NCBI GenBank assembly: GCA_964234715.1
Contig: OZ174277.1
Origin: Podarcis melisellensis
Lineage: Eukaryota
Direction: 5' to 3' (one strand)
Length of the DNA stretch: 64,000 bases
The notes under the pieces were generated by a model. That model saw only the letters and a list, made by a program, of their open reading frames with translations. It searched no databases and had not been told where the DNA came from. The translations under genes were made by a program, and so were the position numbers. Of the stretch, positions 25,699-40,565 are shown piece by piece. The first letter of the stretch is position 1; the number at the start of each line of letters is the position of its first letter.

Positions 25699-26010
25699 CT
25701 AGAGCTTATTTAGAGGGGCTATCTGTATTTCGTGTCCTCTTCAAAAAGGTGTTTCTTTTGGGTAATCAAGAGCTTAAGATGCAATGAGCTCAAACAAGGA
25801 CAAATTTTACAAGCCTATTACTTAGGCTTGCAAGAACAAGGCAAAGCAATCCAAACAAGGGGCTGGGAAAGTGTGGAACAGATTATTTTCACTACATCAG
25901 CTCCAGGCTGGTGTAGCTAAATATCTCAAGGGGGGGGGTCCCAGTGATCCCAATCTGCTAGTACCCCACTTTAGAGCTTTCTGCTGGCTACCACAGGTGA
26001 GAGAGTAGTG

Positions 26011-26284
26011 CAGCGTTTCCCAACCAGTGGCTCACAAAACCTGTATAAGTGGGTCATGGGCTTTGTAAGCAAACCCTAAAGAAGTATTGCTTGTAATCCT
26101 TTATCTTACAACTTTTTTTGTTGGCATGTTATAATGCTGCATTAACACTTGTGTTAGAAAGATTCAATTTCCACATTTTAACACTTGGGAAGGTCAAAAA
26201 TTAACGTGACAATAAATTGATGGGTTACTATGCCATGTAAGTTTGGGCTTGGGGGTTGCCATATCGAAAAGGTTGGGAACTACT
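26011..26284. mobile_element. hAT/Charlie-like non-autonomous DNA transposon
   Basis: Ends CAGCGTTTCCCAACC and GGTTGGGAACTACTT are imperfect inverted repeats. Confidence 0.55.
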
Positions 26285-26660
26285 TGCTCAGTGAATGGCT
26301 AAGCAAAGCTGAGGCCTCTGCCCAAGCAGAGCCTTTCCCCCCTGCCTTCCTCTGGCAATGAAGGCCAGTAGAGAGGCAAGTACATACTATCCTGACAACA
26401 CCATCTGCAGCCATTGGGGTGGGGACAGGAATGCTCTGTAAGGCTACAATCCTATGCATAATGAGCTGGTAGTAAACTTCATTGAACAGAATGGCACTTG
26501 CTTCTGAAGAAGTACATATCTGACAGTTCTGCTTACAGATTGCAATGTGCACTGGAGCTGGATCAGAGTTGCATTTGGAAGAAAAACCAGAAGCTCTGCT
26601 ATGTGCATACATAAAAAGAGGATCACTGGATCATGAGCATAATTATTCCTTTCAACTTAC

Positions 26661-26704
26661 TTATAATCTTCAAATCTTCCCATATTTCTAATTTGTTGGC
26701 TGGT
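26661..26704 (-). CDS. PEX3: PEX3 exon 4
   Basis: tcttag|A PANKLEIWEDLKII A|gtaagt; contains the conserved PEX19-binding Trp. Confidence 0.95.
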
Positions 26705-27260
26705 CTAAGAAAACACAAAATTGGAAACATTGAAAATGAATGGTCTTGGTAGAAAGAAAGCTCAATTTCTGTCTATATTTAAGTGAAAATTCAATTTTCA
26801 CTTTAATATAGGCATGAACAAGCATTGAAACTGCTTGGGAGGAAATGCTTGGAGGAAAATCAATATATAATTAACCAAGCCTGGGGATTTGAGGCTCTGA
26901 AGAAATTTACAAATGTAGCCCTAACAGGCCTTTGTAAATAATATTTCAACAAGCATTTTTCAAACTAACTGAAACACACAGGAATTTGCTTTATGCTTCC
27001 TCTACATGTTTCATAGAACATGCATTATAAATACTTTTTATTATCATTTCCCCACCAATGCATATTAGATACAAAATGTGCTACATGGTTTTAATTCTTA
27101 TATTTCTCTATCACGATAAAATAACTTTAAAGGTTTTCACAGTCCACAGATTCAGGTTGCAGGGAATAATTTTCCTACATGATAGTTACATATGCACATT
27201 CCACTTATAGCCCAAATATAAAGAATAGGCATTCAAACCAAATCAACAGATCACACTTAC

Positions 27261-27342
27261 CTATTCTTAAGCAGTGAGGTGAGGCTCTCTGAATTCAGTT
27301 GATACATCAAAGCATCCCTTAATGTTGGAAGCATTGACAGGA
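27261..27342 (-). CDS. PEX3: PEX3 exon 3
   Basis: taatag|[30 protein letters not shown]|gtaagt. Confidence 0.96.
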
Positions 27343-28480
27343 CTATTAACAAAAAGCATATGATTAGGAACGTAACCAGCGTACATAGAATCTCATAAAC
27401 AAATCATTTATTCAGTAATTGCTTTGATCACATGTGTATGTGTTTTTTGATACTTCCTCCTCCCTCTAGCACACCTGTGAGGAACATTTAGTCCACCAAA
27501 TGTCAGTGGTTTACAACTCCCACATCCCTGGTCATTGGCCATGTTTGCTGAGGCTTATGCAAATTGTAGTTTAGCAACATCTGAAGAGTTAAAGGTTTTC
27601 CACACTTGCTATAGCAGCTCATGGGAAACTGCTTTAGAGGGCTGGGACTCCTTCCTGAACAGCACAGGAAGTGGTGAACTAACAGGGAGAATAGACTAAA
27701 ATGGCCTCCCCTTCTCTCTCCAGCCAAGCATCTGCTGGATTTCAGAACGTTCCATCAACAGGGGAAGCTGTTCCATTCATAGAACTGCAAGTTTGAATCC
27801 AACTCTTGGTCTTTGGGAAATAAATATAAGGATCATTTGTTTTTGTTTTCTTAAAAAAGCACAAACTGGAAGTATGCACAATGACACCTTTAATATTATT
27901 GTTTCCAGCTTTAGTTGCCCCTGTTCAAAAAGGAGGAATTCAAAGCCAAAGTGCAAAGAGCACTTTTGCAATCAGAACTAATTTTATGAATAGAGACTAA
28001 ATGATCTGAGTCTTTTAGAGTTAAGGAAGCTCAGTATGGATATGATTGCTTTTAAAAATAGTTTAACAAAGATGCACAGGATTAGAACAGCCCATAAAAT
28101 GTGCAGAAAAATAAAACAAGATTAGCTATAAAAGCCCAACTAACCTTAGGCTACAGATGGTCCTTCATGAGTTTTAAATGTAGTTTGCCATGCAACTTAA
28201 GGGGCTGCTGTTAACAAAACACAAGTCCCTCTGGAAATGCGAAGCTAGATATGCAATTTTTTTGATCCTAGCTACTATGTGATTTTGTTTATATTACCTC
28301 AATCAAAAAGACCACTTCAGTTAAGGCAACACACCAAACCGTAGTTAAGGAAGTTTAACTATGATTTGGCATGACAAATCATGGTTCAGTGATCAGTTGT
28401 CAAACTGGCATCAGAAACTATGGTAATTAATATGTGCTGAGAAAACAGGAACCAACAGTAGGCAAGTGACGTGCACTTTA

Positions 28481-28702
<222 letters not shown>

Positions 28703-29958
28703 TTACAAAATACCAAACAGTTTCTTCTGCTTTAGAATATATTTTTCTCTTGATTTCAGCAGCAATTGTAAAAATGTTATCCAGAACAAGTTCTCACAAT
28801 TAGATTAAATGATCATAAGTGAGGCTGGATCCCATCACAGTAAAGGATTAGCGAAACAGCATATGTGCTAAATAAAACTGTTCCTAATTTCCAGACTGTC
28901 TTCCCTTTCTCAGGCAAAAATGACCTACAATGGATTGTGATAGAAAATTATTGGTAATAGTTTCACACAATCGGATAAAAAAGTTGACTATACAAATTAT
29001 TTAAGTAGTACTTTTAGCAAACTAATAATGGAACTAGAGTCCGCTGGTTAAGTAGTGATGAATACTGAGATGAGAAAGGCCTAATTCATGGCAAATGAAT
29101 ATATAGCAGTTTCAAATGTAAGTTATGAAGCAATGGCTGCTACTGCCACATACTCCCCTATTTTGAAACATAAACTTCTAATGACTTACAATACAAGATA
29201 TCAGCCCATGAAATGTGTATATCCAGAAAAGCACAATAAAGGGATAAGTGTTTTCCCACTAGTACAGAGCAAAAAACAAATGGGGGGTGGGGGTGGGGAG
29301 CAAGTATCTGCAAGAGCTGGTTATAACAGGATGATTGTGCAAAAAGAAAGACTTTGATCTGAAAAGGAGGAATGAGTCCATACATGCACTTGTTAGGAAA
29401 GATTAAGACAAGTTATAATCTGAAACGAGTGAATAAGGAACAGGCCTGAACTTGAGCACCTTCAGCAATTTTGAGCTTAAAAAAAGTTTTTCTTGGAGGG
29501 TGGGGGACTACTTTTCAAGGCAGGAAAAAGGAGGGATGACACACCAGATTTTGGCTAAAAGACACAAGAAATCAGTTGAAATAAATGCACGAGGAGGGAG
29601 AAACAGCAGGAGCCACAGCCGGGGAGAGAAGGTGTGTGGCCATCATAGAGCAGGAGCTCTATGACTTCAGCCCCTGCCTTACAATACACAGGAATGCTAG
29701 AGCTGGCCTGCCTAGCAGGTTTGCTGGTGTTGTAACTGGCGCAACCTCACCTGAACTCAAAAAGATAAGGAACTGCACACCGACATCCAGTGCTATAATT
29801 GCTTGGGCAGGTAGCCACGCTTACCTGGGAGTAAGCCCCACTAAAAACAGTAGGGCTTACTGCTGGGAGATTTGGGGGGGGGGGGGAGAGGAATCTCAGG
29901 GAACAAGGCAGCAGGTGTGTGTGTGCATGGGGGGAGGCGGAGCGTATGGGGGAGAGAA

Positions 29959-30232
29959 CAGGGCTGGATTTAGGTTTGATGAGGCCCTAAGCTACTGAAG
30001 GTAAAGGGGCCCAGCCGTCCTTTGTCAACAACAAATTGTCGCTGTTTTTTGTGCTGAATATATGCTATATGGTTATTTCTGGACCTAATAGGTATCTAAA
30101 GCCATTCGCCTCTGTTGCTGTATGTAGGTTTTATCTTATATTTTGGAAATTTACACCCATGGTTTTTTCCCTTTAATTTTTTGTGGGGCCCTAAGCTATA
30201 GCTTGTTTAGCTTATACGAAAATGCGGCACTG
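29959..30232. mobile_element. hAT-type MITE in PEX3 intron 1
   Basis: Imperfect TIRs CAGGGCTGGATTT / AAATGCGGCACTG; 8-bp TSD ggagagaa / ggtgagaa (7/8). Confidence 0.7.
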
Positions 30233-30342
30233 GGTGAGAAGCAAAGCCAGCCAAAGGCCCCCTTCCTCGGGAAGGGCTAAGGAGGGCTATGCGGAGACCG
30301 AGGAGGACACGCAAGCAGAAGGGGGGGGTTCTTCTCACTTAC

Positions 30343-30415
30343 CGCCCACGAAGGCGCCCAGGAAGAAGCATTTCTTTTTGTGGTGCTTGAGGAAGCCCCA
30401 CACGGCCAGCAGCAT
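30343..30415 (-). CDS. PEX3: Peroxisomal biogenesis factor 3, exon 1
   Basis: MLLAVWGFLKHHKKKCFFLGAFVG G|gtaagt, the basic targeting motif plus TM start typical of PEX3. Confidence 0.95.
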
Positions 30416-30676
30416 CCCGGCGTCCGCGGAAAGCAAGGGCTCGGCGCTGCCTCTTCGCCGTAGCGCTGCCGCTGCAAAGCCTCCAGCCCCGCCCCGGACG
30501 TCGGCCACGCAAAGCGAAGGCAGCGGCTGCTGCCGCTCCGCCTCCTACCTGCATTCTAGTCCCCCACCTCTGCGCGGTCCGTCTAGATCCCGATTCCCCC
30601 CCCGGAAACATCGGCTCCGTACTCTCCGTTCCGGGGCTGTAGTGTCGGCGGCGGCCCCGCTCGCCTCTATAGAGAG
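30416..30676. promoter_or_regulatory. Bidirectional CpG-island promoter shared by PEX3 and ADAT2
   Basis: Only 261 bp separate the divergent ATGs; CpG-rich, GC box ccccgcccc ~30487, ETS-like ccggaa ~30602. Confidence 0.85.
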
Positions 30677-30748
30677 ATGGAAGCGGAGAAGGGGCGAGCG
30701 GTGACCGCAGGGGAAAGGGAGGCCTGGATGGACCTTGCTGTAAACATG
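30677..30748 (+). CDS. ADAT2: tRNA-specific adenosine deaminase 2, exon 1
   Basis: gagATGG; MEAEKGRAVTAGEREAWMDLAVNM|gtgagt; in frame with exon 2. Confidence 0.88.
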
Positions 30749-31483
30749 GTGAGTGAGTGGGGGTGGGGAGCGGAGGGGCTGGATAAAAGGACGGTCGCGT
30801 GAGTCTTGTGGCTGGGACGCTCGTCGAAGCAAAAAGGAGGCTCATGGCGAGTTAAATGCCTGGGCAGATTTGTTGTCATCTAAGGGTGTAGGAGCTGGAT
30901 TAGGCCAAAGGCCCATCGAGGACACTCGGACTCATCCAGTCTTCACAATACCCCTAAATCTAGGGGAAGCCCGCAAACCCCTTGTCAGTGCAGATTCTCT
31001 CAAGGGCCATGCGAGACATGTATGGATAAATAAAGGAAGTGTGTCTTTCCTTTTAGTACCCTTGATTGCAGCTCACAAGCCCCAAAGGTTTGAATTCATT
31101 TAAACTAGCTAGGTGTTACCTTAGCACCTTTCCCCCCGCTTCCTATCTTGGGCTTCAACATCCTCCCTGCATCGTCTATTATGTTATCACCAGGGTAGAC
31201 ACGGCTTTCCATTTGGGTTAAGACAGAGGCAAAGTAGTTTGTTGAGCAGTTCCGACTTCTCTCGTGTAATCCAACAGCATTTCTCCCATCTCCACGCAGA
31301 CGACCCACTACTTGCTTGTTCTTCTTATTGTTTCGAACATAGCCAAAGAAGCATTTGTTTGTTTGTCTGTAACTTCTCTAACAAGCCTGAGCTTATTCTG
31401 AGGATAGATGTAGATAAGGGGTAGCAAAATATAATTCTCTTCTTCTCTTCCTGCCCTGCATTTTGGCTTCATTTAACATCTAA

Positions 31484-31610
31484 CCTGATGTTCAGGAGTT
31501 CAGGAGAACTTGAAAGCATGCACTCAAATTTGTGATATTATTGCAGTTCGCTAGATATTGCCCTAATGTGGGTTTTTGAATTTTTATTGTGTTCTAACAT
31601 GACTGCCTTT
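31484..31610 (+). mobile_element. Degenerate Penelope-like remnant with broken hammerhead motif
   Basis: CTGATG..GAGTTC-agga-GAACTT-GAAAGC architecture; ends ctaacatgactgcc, similar to the ccaacacggctacc end of the other copies. Confidence 0.45.
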
Positions 31611-31809
31611 GCTTATTATATGAAAAGTGGGGAACAGAATAATTTCCACCCTTACTCTTGAGAGTTATCCTTGGGTAAGAATATACTGGAATTGTCTGCT
31701 TTCTTAATGCTGGCTTGTGGGGTGGGAGGATTTGAACGCAATGTACTTTGCCTTGGTGTATATAATAAATGATAAAGCTGCTCTTGTTGATTCATTTTGT
31801 ATCTGATAG

Positions 31810-31938
<129 letters not shown>

Positions 31939-33321
31939 TAATGTAAGTCACTGCACTACATATGCTGGTAAGAACTCCTTAAGTTGGTATAATTGTAATC
32001 ATTTTTTCAGTCCAAAAACATACATCTTGTGTAACTTCTGAGTGGCATATATACACTGCTGTCTCTGGAATATTTGCATGTTTGTGCTCCATCTTTCTGG
32101 AAATTAGGTGTGTAAAACACTGTGTTTTCAGTAGTTCTCTGCAACTCTTGAACATATTCCAATAGGAGAAATATCACCTGGCATCCTTCCTACTGTAATT
32201 CAGAAGGGCCATGACAACATTCCTTTTCTACAAGGTATTTGGCATAGCACTGATTTCTGAATGCTTGTGAGAATTCATTTTCATTACTTTTGGTCCTTTG
32301 ATTTGTTGTTTCAGCTTCTGCCTTTTTATCATAATTGTATCCGGCCTTTCTGCATATTAATGCAACTGCATTTTAATTAACTTTTTTTTAAAAAAAATAG
32401 TATAATTCTTAAAAGCAGCAGCTTTACATTGAAATATTTTCAGGACACAGATAAAGCTGAAAAGATGATACAGTGGTGTTTGTTTATTTTTTTAAAAAGC
32501 ATTTTAACTTTGTTAACAATCTCAAAGATTTTATGAACAAAAGTTTATGTGTTTTCCATCTCATTTTTATAAATGTTTGCCAAAAAAAGTTGCAGTTTAC
32601 TGACAGTATTCCATTCACAAAATGCATGCATGTTTTTGTTGTTGTGGCTGTGTGGGTTTTTTTAAGCTCTGGTATCTGTGCCCGAGTACAAAATGTGAGA
32701 AGTGATTCTGAGCTGGATTGTATGTTGAACGGCATAATAGACTTGTTTTAATCTGCAGCTGGGGGAGTTCACCGTTCAGATAGTGCAGCCAATACTTCTC
32801 TGAGCTGACCCTTCCGAATTGTCTGGCAGGAGGTGGAGCAAATATTACCAGCATGTTTTTCCCTCTGGCAGATTCCTTGCCTGCTCTTGTTTTCCCTCCT
32901 TCATGCTTCTGTTTCTGTTTGAATGTGCATTGTTTGTTCTTTTTGGCTGTAACAGTTATCTGGCACACTAAACCTCACTTGCAAGCAGAACCTGCCCACC
33001 CACCTGGTTTGCCCTTGAAGGTGTTTCAGAGATAACCTCTAGTATCCACTTTAGTCATTTGAGTATGCATATATTACATAGCACAGAAAACCTAACAGAG
33101 CTCTCTGAGTTGCTCACAATCAAGGGCAAAATTCAAAGCATCAAGGTAACAGTGTAACAATATTACCTTGGATGGCAGGGAGACTCATGAAAGTACACTT
33201 CCTTGGATGATCTAACTGCATTGTGGTGATGGCAATATCACGGCATAGGATGCATATTAGGATGCATTATTTCAAATAAACTGTGCCCAAGATATGTAGG
33301 ACTTCTATGATCAAACAGTTA

Positions 33322-33744
33322 CCGTATTTTTCGCTCTATAAGACGCACTTTCCCCCTCCTAAAAAGTAAGGGGAAATGTATGTGTGTCTTATGGAGCGAA
33401 TGCAGGCTGCACAGCTATCGCTGCGCTCAGGAGGCTGCGCTCAGGAGGCTTTGTGTTGCTTTCGCTGAAGCCAGGAGAGCAAAAGTGGTCGCTGCTTTCG
33501 CTGTGCAGCGATCCCTCTTGCTGTTCTGACTTTGCTTCACTAGAGAGGCGCTGCGCAGCTTTCCCTCTCTGCACAGCGCCTCTTGAGCGAAGTGGGAGGA
33601 GAAATGAAGCCCCTTCCATTTCTCCTCCCGCTTTGCTGGAGAGGCACTGTGCAGAGAGGGAGATAATATTTTTTTTCTTGTTCTCTTCCTCTGAAACTAG
33701 GTGCGTCTTATGGTCAGGCACGTCTTATAGAGCGAAAAATATGG
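33322..33744. mobile_element. Non-autonomous Tc1/mariner-superfamily DNA transposon
   Basis: 24-bp TIRs CCGTATTTTTCGCTCTATAAGACG (1 mismatch), TA on both flanks, CpG-rich interior. Confidence 0.85.
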
Positions 33745-35376
33745 TACATGTGTGTGGGGGAGTCCCTATGTCTGTCCACCTCCTGAGAAGTAAGATATTT
33801 TGTGTAGAGACGATTGTGCACTGTCCTGAACACGTGCTTAACTTATCCTTAACTTACCCACAAATATACTCTCACACAGAATTGTTCCAAAAAGAGTTAA
33901 TTTATAGAAAAATAACAAGATCATTCTAATAAGAAGTAATTGGTGTGGTACAGCATGACATCATGGTGCATTTAAACCAGTATCCTAACACATTAACACT
34001 CCTAGTCTGACAGTCTGTCCCTTGTTTTATAGGACTAGCATGATGATAAGAAAGTTTCAATTGCGTATATATCTTAAGTTCCCCCTTAGTTACTGCTGTA
34101 GTGAAGTAGTTGTCCATTTCCACCATTGGAGGCTATCAGTGTAGCTGGAGGGGCTGAAGAATAAGATGTGTGTTGCAGATTCATTCACAAGAATGGGTTC
34201 CATGTGAGTCCCCACAAGGAGGAGATTGGGAGGGGGAAAGCTGTGCTGTGATAGCAAACCTCCCCTCCAAAATGCGGATCATGACCGGATTCATAAAAGG
34301 GAAGTATAAGAGGACTATTAGGTGTGTAGGGATGCTGTGAACTGGCCTGAAATCTTCAGATGGTCAGTAAACAAATTTTAATCATCATCATTATGATAGT
34401 GTCAGCTCTGGGACAAAGAAGGTGGCTGAACATTTCCTGGAGTGCTTGACACTGTTCATGGTGTCTGCTGATCCTGATCTTTCAGAAGGCTGGCTAAAAT
34501 ATAAATTCATTTGCAAAACTGTCTTATAACATTGGTTTACAGACAACTGCATAAGATACTAATAATTCTGTTCGGTATGTACTTGTTATCAGTTATTTAC
34601 TTTTAGATCTCTACTTTGATCTGAAATCATTTGTGGAACAAGTTATTGCAAGGCAAACAGTCTACCTGAAGGGATTTAAAATAATGTTCATAAAACTTTA
34701 GCATATTAAGTCAGAACAGTAATTAATCTACCCAATGATTCATTTGCTTTCTGTTGTTGATCGCTATCTTAACAGCAACAGAGTAGTAAAGAAGTGGAAT
34801 TCAATGAAATATATAGGCTTCATTTATCATAAGCCAAGCAGCCTTAAATAGCTTTAAACATCTCTTATCAAAATATGTGTTCTGTTTTGTCGATAAATGG
34901 TGTGTTAAAGCATTTAGGCTAGTGCACCAACTGCAGTTCCTATCCATGCTCTTGTTAATATCCTGTTCAGGCAAGTATAATGTTTTGTACATGGGGTTGT
35001 GTTTGAGGAATGGACATAACAGTAAGTTCATTATGCAGTGGCTAGACTGCTAAGTGAGAACTAACATCCAGATCATAACTTGCAAGCCTTGAAATAACTG
35101 CTCCAAGTCTATTTCTGAGCACAATTCTTTGGGCTGGTTTTAGTCTCCAAAGGCTGAAATGAGTTTGAATCTTGGGTGCCTTCTCCTACATGAATCGGTT
35201 CAAGTACGACGATGATCTTCAGAGCCTGTTCTCTGGTCCCACTGCCATTGGAGGTGAAGCCAGATCAACAGTTGTAGCCTCCAAGTACTGAAGTGTTTTC
35301 CCCAGAGACATTGAGTCTGCTCTTTTTATCTTCCCAAATCTTTTAATTCTTGTTTTTTGAATCCTGTTTCATCACT

Positions 35377-35400
35377 CTGTGTGTGTGTGTGTGTGTGTGT
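35377..35400. repeat. (GT)n microsatellite
   Basis: Directly visible. Confidence 0.9.
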
Positions 35401-36176
35401 CTTGTTGTTGCTCCTATTTTAAATGAATTTTTATGTAAGCCTTGTCAGCGTATGAGCAGGGTAAAGAATATCAAAATGTAAATAAATGAATGAAATGGAG
35501 GTATTTGGTCTGTCTGTGAACAATACTGACATTCTATTGAGCCTAGGAGCATTTTCAAATGCTCCTAATTGAAAGTGACTGTAGATGGAATATGTGAACA
35601 CGCCTAAAGCTGTTGAAAGAGGAGGGAGGGTGTCTTCTGTGGTATCCTTCGAGCTCTTATGACTAGTAGGTCTCATTGCCTCCCTCATATTTATTCATAG
35701 ACTGAGTTAGATACAAAATAAGGATGTTGATATCTTGACAAGTAAGGAAAGCATTTTGCCTGTAGCTGAGCATTTCCCCCCAACTGGCCACTTTCTGTCT
35801 GACCTCTCTGTCCTTGCATAAATGGTAATCTGGGTAAAAACTGGGATGTTTTCAATAATAGAAAAGCTGATTAACATAACATTTGTTAACCGAGGATAAA
35901 GAGAAACAGATGTATTGTGCATTTCCCCTTTATAGCAGATTTTGATAAGGAAGAACCTTTCAATAAAGTGCCAACAATTTACTCTGCTTTTCTATTTTAC
36001 AAGAGGAAATTTACCGCTTTGAAATGAAATTTCTGCAGTTATTATGACCATATTTTATATGGTTTTAGTGGTTAAGCTTTGGCATCACTGAAGATCCTAC
36101 CCTATTGCCTTCCTACTAAAAATAGCAGGAATCCACCCATTCAGATTGATACATTGCTATTTGGTGTAAATACTGA

Positions 36177-37598
<1,422 letters not shown>

Positions 37599-37605
37599 TA
37601 GACAT

Positions 37606-37738
37606 CAGTGGCCAAACTTGGCTCTCCATCTGTTTTTGGACTACAACTTCCATCATCCCTAGCTAACAGGACCAGTGGTCAGGGATGATGGGAATTGTAG
37701 TCCCAAAACAGATGGAGGGCCAACTTTGGCCACCACTG
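37606..37738. mobile_element. Palindromic MITE of the squamate 'GGACTACAACTCCCATCATCCC' family
   Basis: Nearly fully self-complementary ~130 bp. Related copies at ~1-110, 16320-16460, 27480-27610, 43500-43625, 50700-50830, 51165-51275. Confidence 0.75.
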
Positions 37739-39208
37739 GTATAGAAGAACCAAGTGCAAGTTGATGGTACAACCTCATCCAGAGAGAAATTCTTCTAAAG
37801 GTGCATCGTTGTCAGTACTTTAATTCTGAAACTACCACTGAAATTCATCCTTAGCACCATTGTGTCAGCATTTCTCCAGTGATAGTTTGGTGCTGAATCA
37901 ACATTCAGAGAGACTGCAAATAGCTTCAGGATCTAGAGCAGCCATTCTCTTCCCAACCCCCTACCCCACCCCCAAACAGAAATAGCAGGCTGGAGTGTTC
38001 TTCCATAATATAGCATCTTCAGGGCTCCTTTATTTTATAGAGAAGATTATAATTTATCTTTGTTTGAGGTGTGAGGGAATGCAAACCATAAATGGTAAAA
38101 TTAGCTGCAATCAAAATGGATTCAGTGAATGGTTAGGGAGCACTTAATTGTGCAGCATTGGTGAAGCTAAGTGGATCTGAGTAGTCCATGGACGAAAGAC
38201 CACAATAAATCTTATGTATCCCCCCTTTAAAAACAAAGAGCAGGTTATAAACTTAATAAATAATACACTTATATGGATGAAGGTTTATCAGAATAGTTGG
38301 AAACCATTATAGGACCAGAATTGGTTGTAATTTTGTTTAAAAGAGAAAAAAAGGGCTCTTTATTTACCCTGACATTTAGCATAGTGATGACACTAGCTCT
38401 ACATCATGGCAACTATGTAAGAAGAAATATCTTGCATTTAAGAAATTTGATTTCCATTCTCAAACGATTGCACTTAATGGCTGTGTATAAATTATTCCAC
38501 CATGTGCGTGCATACTGTTTAAATTAGGGCATTCATTGAAAGCATCCTGTTTTGTGTATGTGTGTAAGCACTGTCACTTTCACTCACACATGTCAAGAAA
38601 TAAATGATAACAGGGAAAGATTTGTGAGTGGAAAAAGTTGCAACATAACTAAATTATTTTGATAGGTCAAGGACGTTTTGCTGCTAGGGGAAAAACCATA
38701 GCTGTCAACTTTTCCCTTTTCTTGCGAGGAATCTTATTCGGAATAAGGGAATTTCCCTTTTAAAAAGGGAAAAGTTGACAGCTATGGGAAAAACACATCC
38801 ACAAAGGCAAGTTCCTTGGCACAAACTCATAGATTCCTGTTCAGCAAACCATGGTTGGTTGGAATGGGAAGAGTCTGTGTATGTGCACACTCTCACTTCC
38901 CTTCTCTCATATGCCTTCACTCATTACTTTGGAGGCTTGTTAAACCACAGTTGCTTCTAATGTCCCAACCAGGAAACTGTTATTTAATATCCCTACAAAC
39001 CAGGCTATCACACTATGGTTATTATCTGTAAGCCAGTCAAGATGCATATAAGAATGGTTTGGAAACATGCTATTTACATGTGTAAATTGGATACCTTCAG
39101 TGGTAAGCCATTTTTGTTATTGAAAGGTACTGCTTTGCCTGAAAAAATACCTCCAGTATGAAGTTGTTCAGTGGATTTTCTTTTGCCCCTGGAAGTTGAA
39201 CACAGTGA

Positions 39209-39448
<240 letters not shown>

Positions 39449-39478
39449 TAATGCTTATGTTTTCTTTTCTTGTGGCAG

Positions 39479-39519
39479 CACCAAAATCAAAAGTTCGAAG
39501 AAAGGAATGCAGTAAATGA
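39479..39519 (+). CDS. ADAT2: ADAT2 exon 6 (terminal)
   Basis: tggcag|CA PKSKVRRKECSK TGA after an 80-bp intron. Summed CDS is 549 nt = 182 aa + stop. Confidence 0.92.
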
Positions 39520-40064
39520 GTGGTTGTGATGGATAGTAAAGCAAAGCTGGAAGAATGACAAGTCTTTGAAAAGGCTGGCCAGTATTGACCTTCCCTCAGC
39601 TATGGTATTTAGTCCTGAGAGGTAGAGAAAAACATGTCTGTTACTCTGTAAAATGTCCAAAAGTATCACTGATTGAAAGATAATAATCAAATTGTCAAAT
39701 ATGGGTTTGGCTTTTTATAAGGAACAATAGAAAGGAGTGGTATCCTCCAATAATTCAATAGTTAATATGACACTGTTGTAGCCCTACTAATTTTGAACTG
39801 ATCAGCTGGAAGACCAGCTATCCCAAAAGTCCTTAGTTTGGCAGGTATGCTGACTTCTTGCCACTGATGCCATGCACACACATGATGATATACCGGCCAG
39901 TACACATATCAAGTTCTGTTTACATTTAAACCACTTAACAACATATACAAATTCAGTCGTCTCAGAGTTCTGCATGCCCCATCAGCCAGAACAGAACCAG
40001 CATATCCACTCATGGCGTCAGCAGCTAGAAACCTGTGTGAGCAGTGGCTGTTATACTGAAAACT

Positions 40065-40195
40065 GTCATGAGGACCAGTTGTCATATTGAGTCAGACCAT
40101 TGGTCTATCTATGGACTACTTAACTGGAAACAGGGGGATGAAATTGGGACCTTCTCCCCATAAAATATGTTCTCTTCCAATGTGCTACAGCCCTT
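40065..40195 (-). mobile_element. Degenerate, internally deleted Squam3-like SINE in the ADAT2 3' region
   Basis: gagtcagaccattggtctatcta ... gggaccttc ... gctacagccc matches the reverse complement of the Squam3 tail and tRNA head as I recall them. Confidence 0.5.
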
Positions 40196-40559
40196 TCCCT
40201 TGTATCCTAGACAGATTTATAGTTTGTATTACTTAAAAGTAAGCTGCTTTCCTCATCACCGTAGTGCACGTTTCCAATGTATACATAATTTGGAGGAATT
40301 CGAAGGTAAGCTAGCAAATCCCAGAGAATGGCTTGTTTATATTGAGCTCAATTAAGACATTCATGATTAAGAAAGCTTGACTATGGTTTGTTCATGATGT
40401 CTAAGTTGACAAACCATGGTTTATGACCATGTTTCGTTGTGTGTACTTTTTCAGGTTACGCTGCCACTACAGTTAGCAAACAGACAGTTTCTTTTTCTTA
40501 TATGCTTGTGATAGAAAACCGCCTTAAAAAGGGAAGTCTAGCATACCCAGTATTTTTTG

Positions 40560-40565
40560 AATAAA
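40560..40565 (+). terminator. Candidate ADAT2 polyadenylation signal
   Basis: AATAAA ~1 kb after the stop, followed by GT/T-rich sequence. Confidence 0.5.

Noticed and set aside
33384-33929. 181-aa ORF
   Set aside because: Falls largely inside a non-autonomous DNA transposon, with no transposase motifs.
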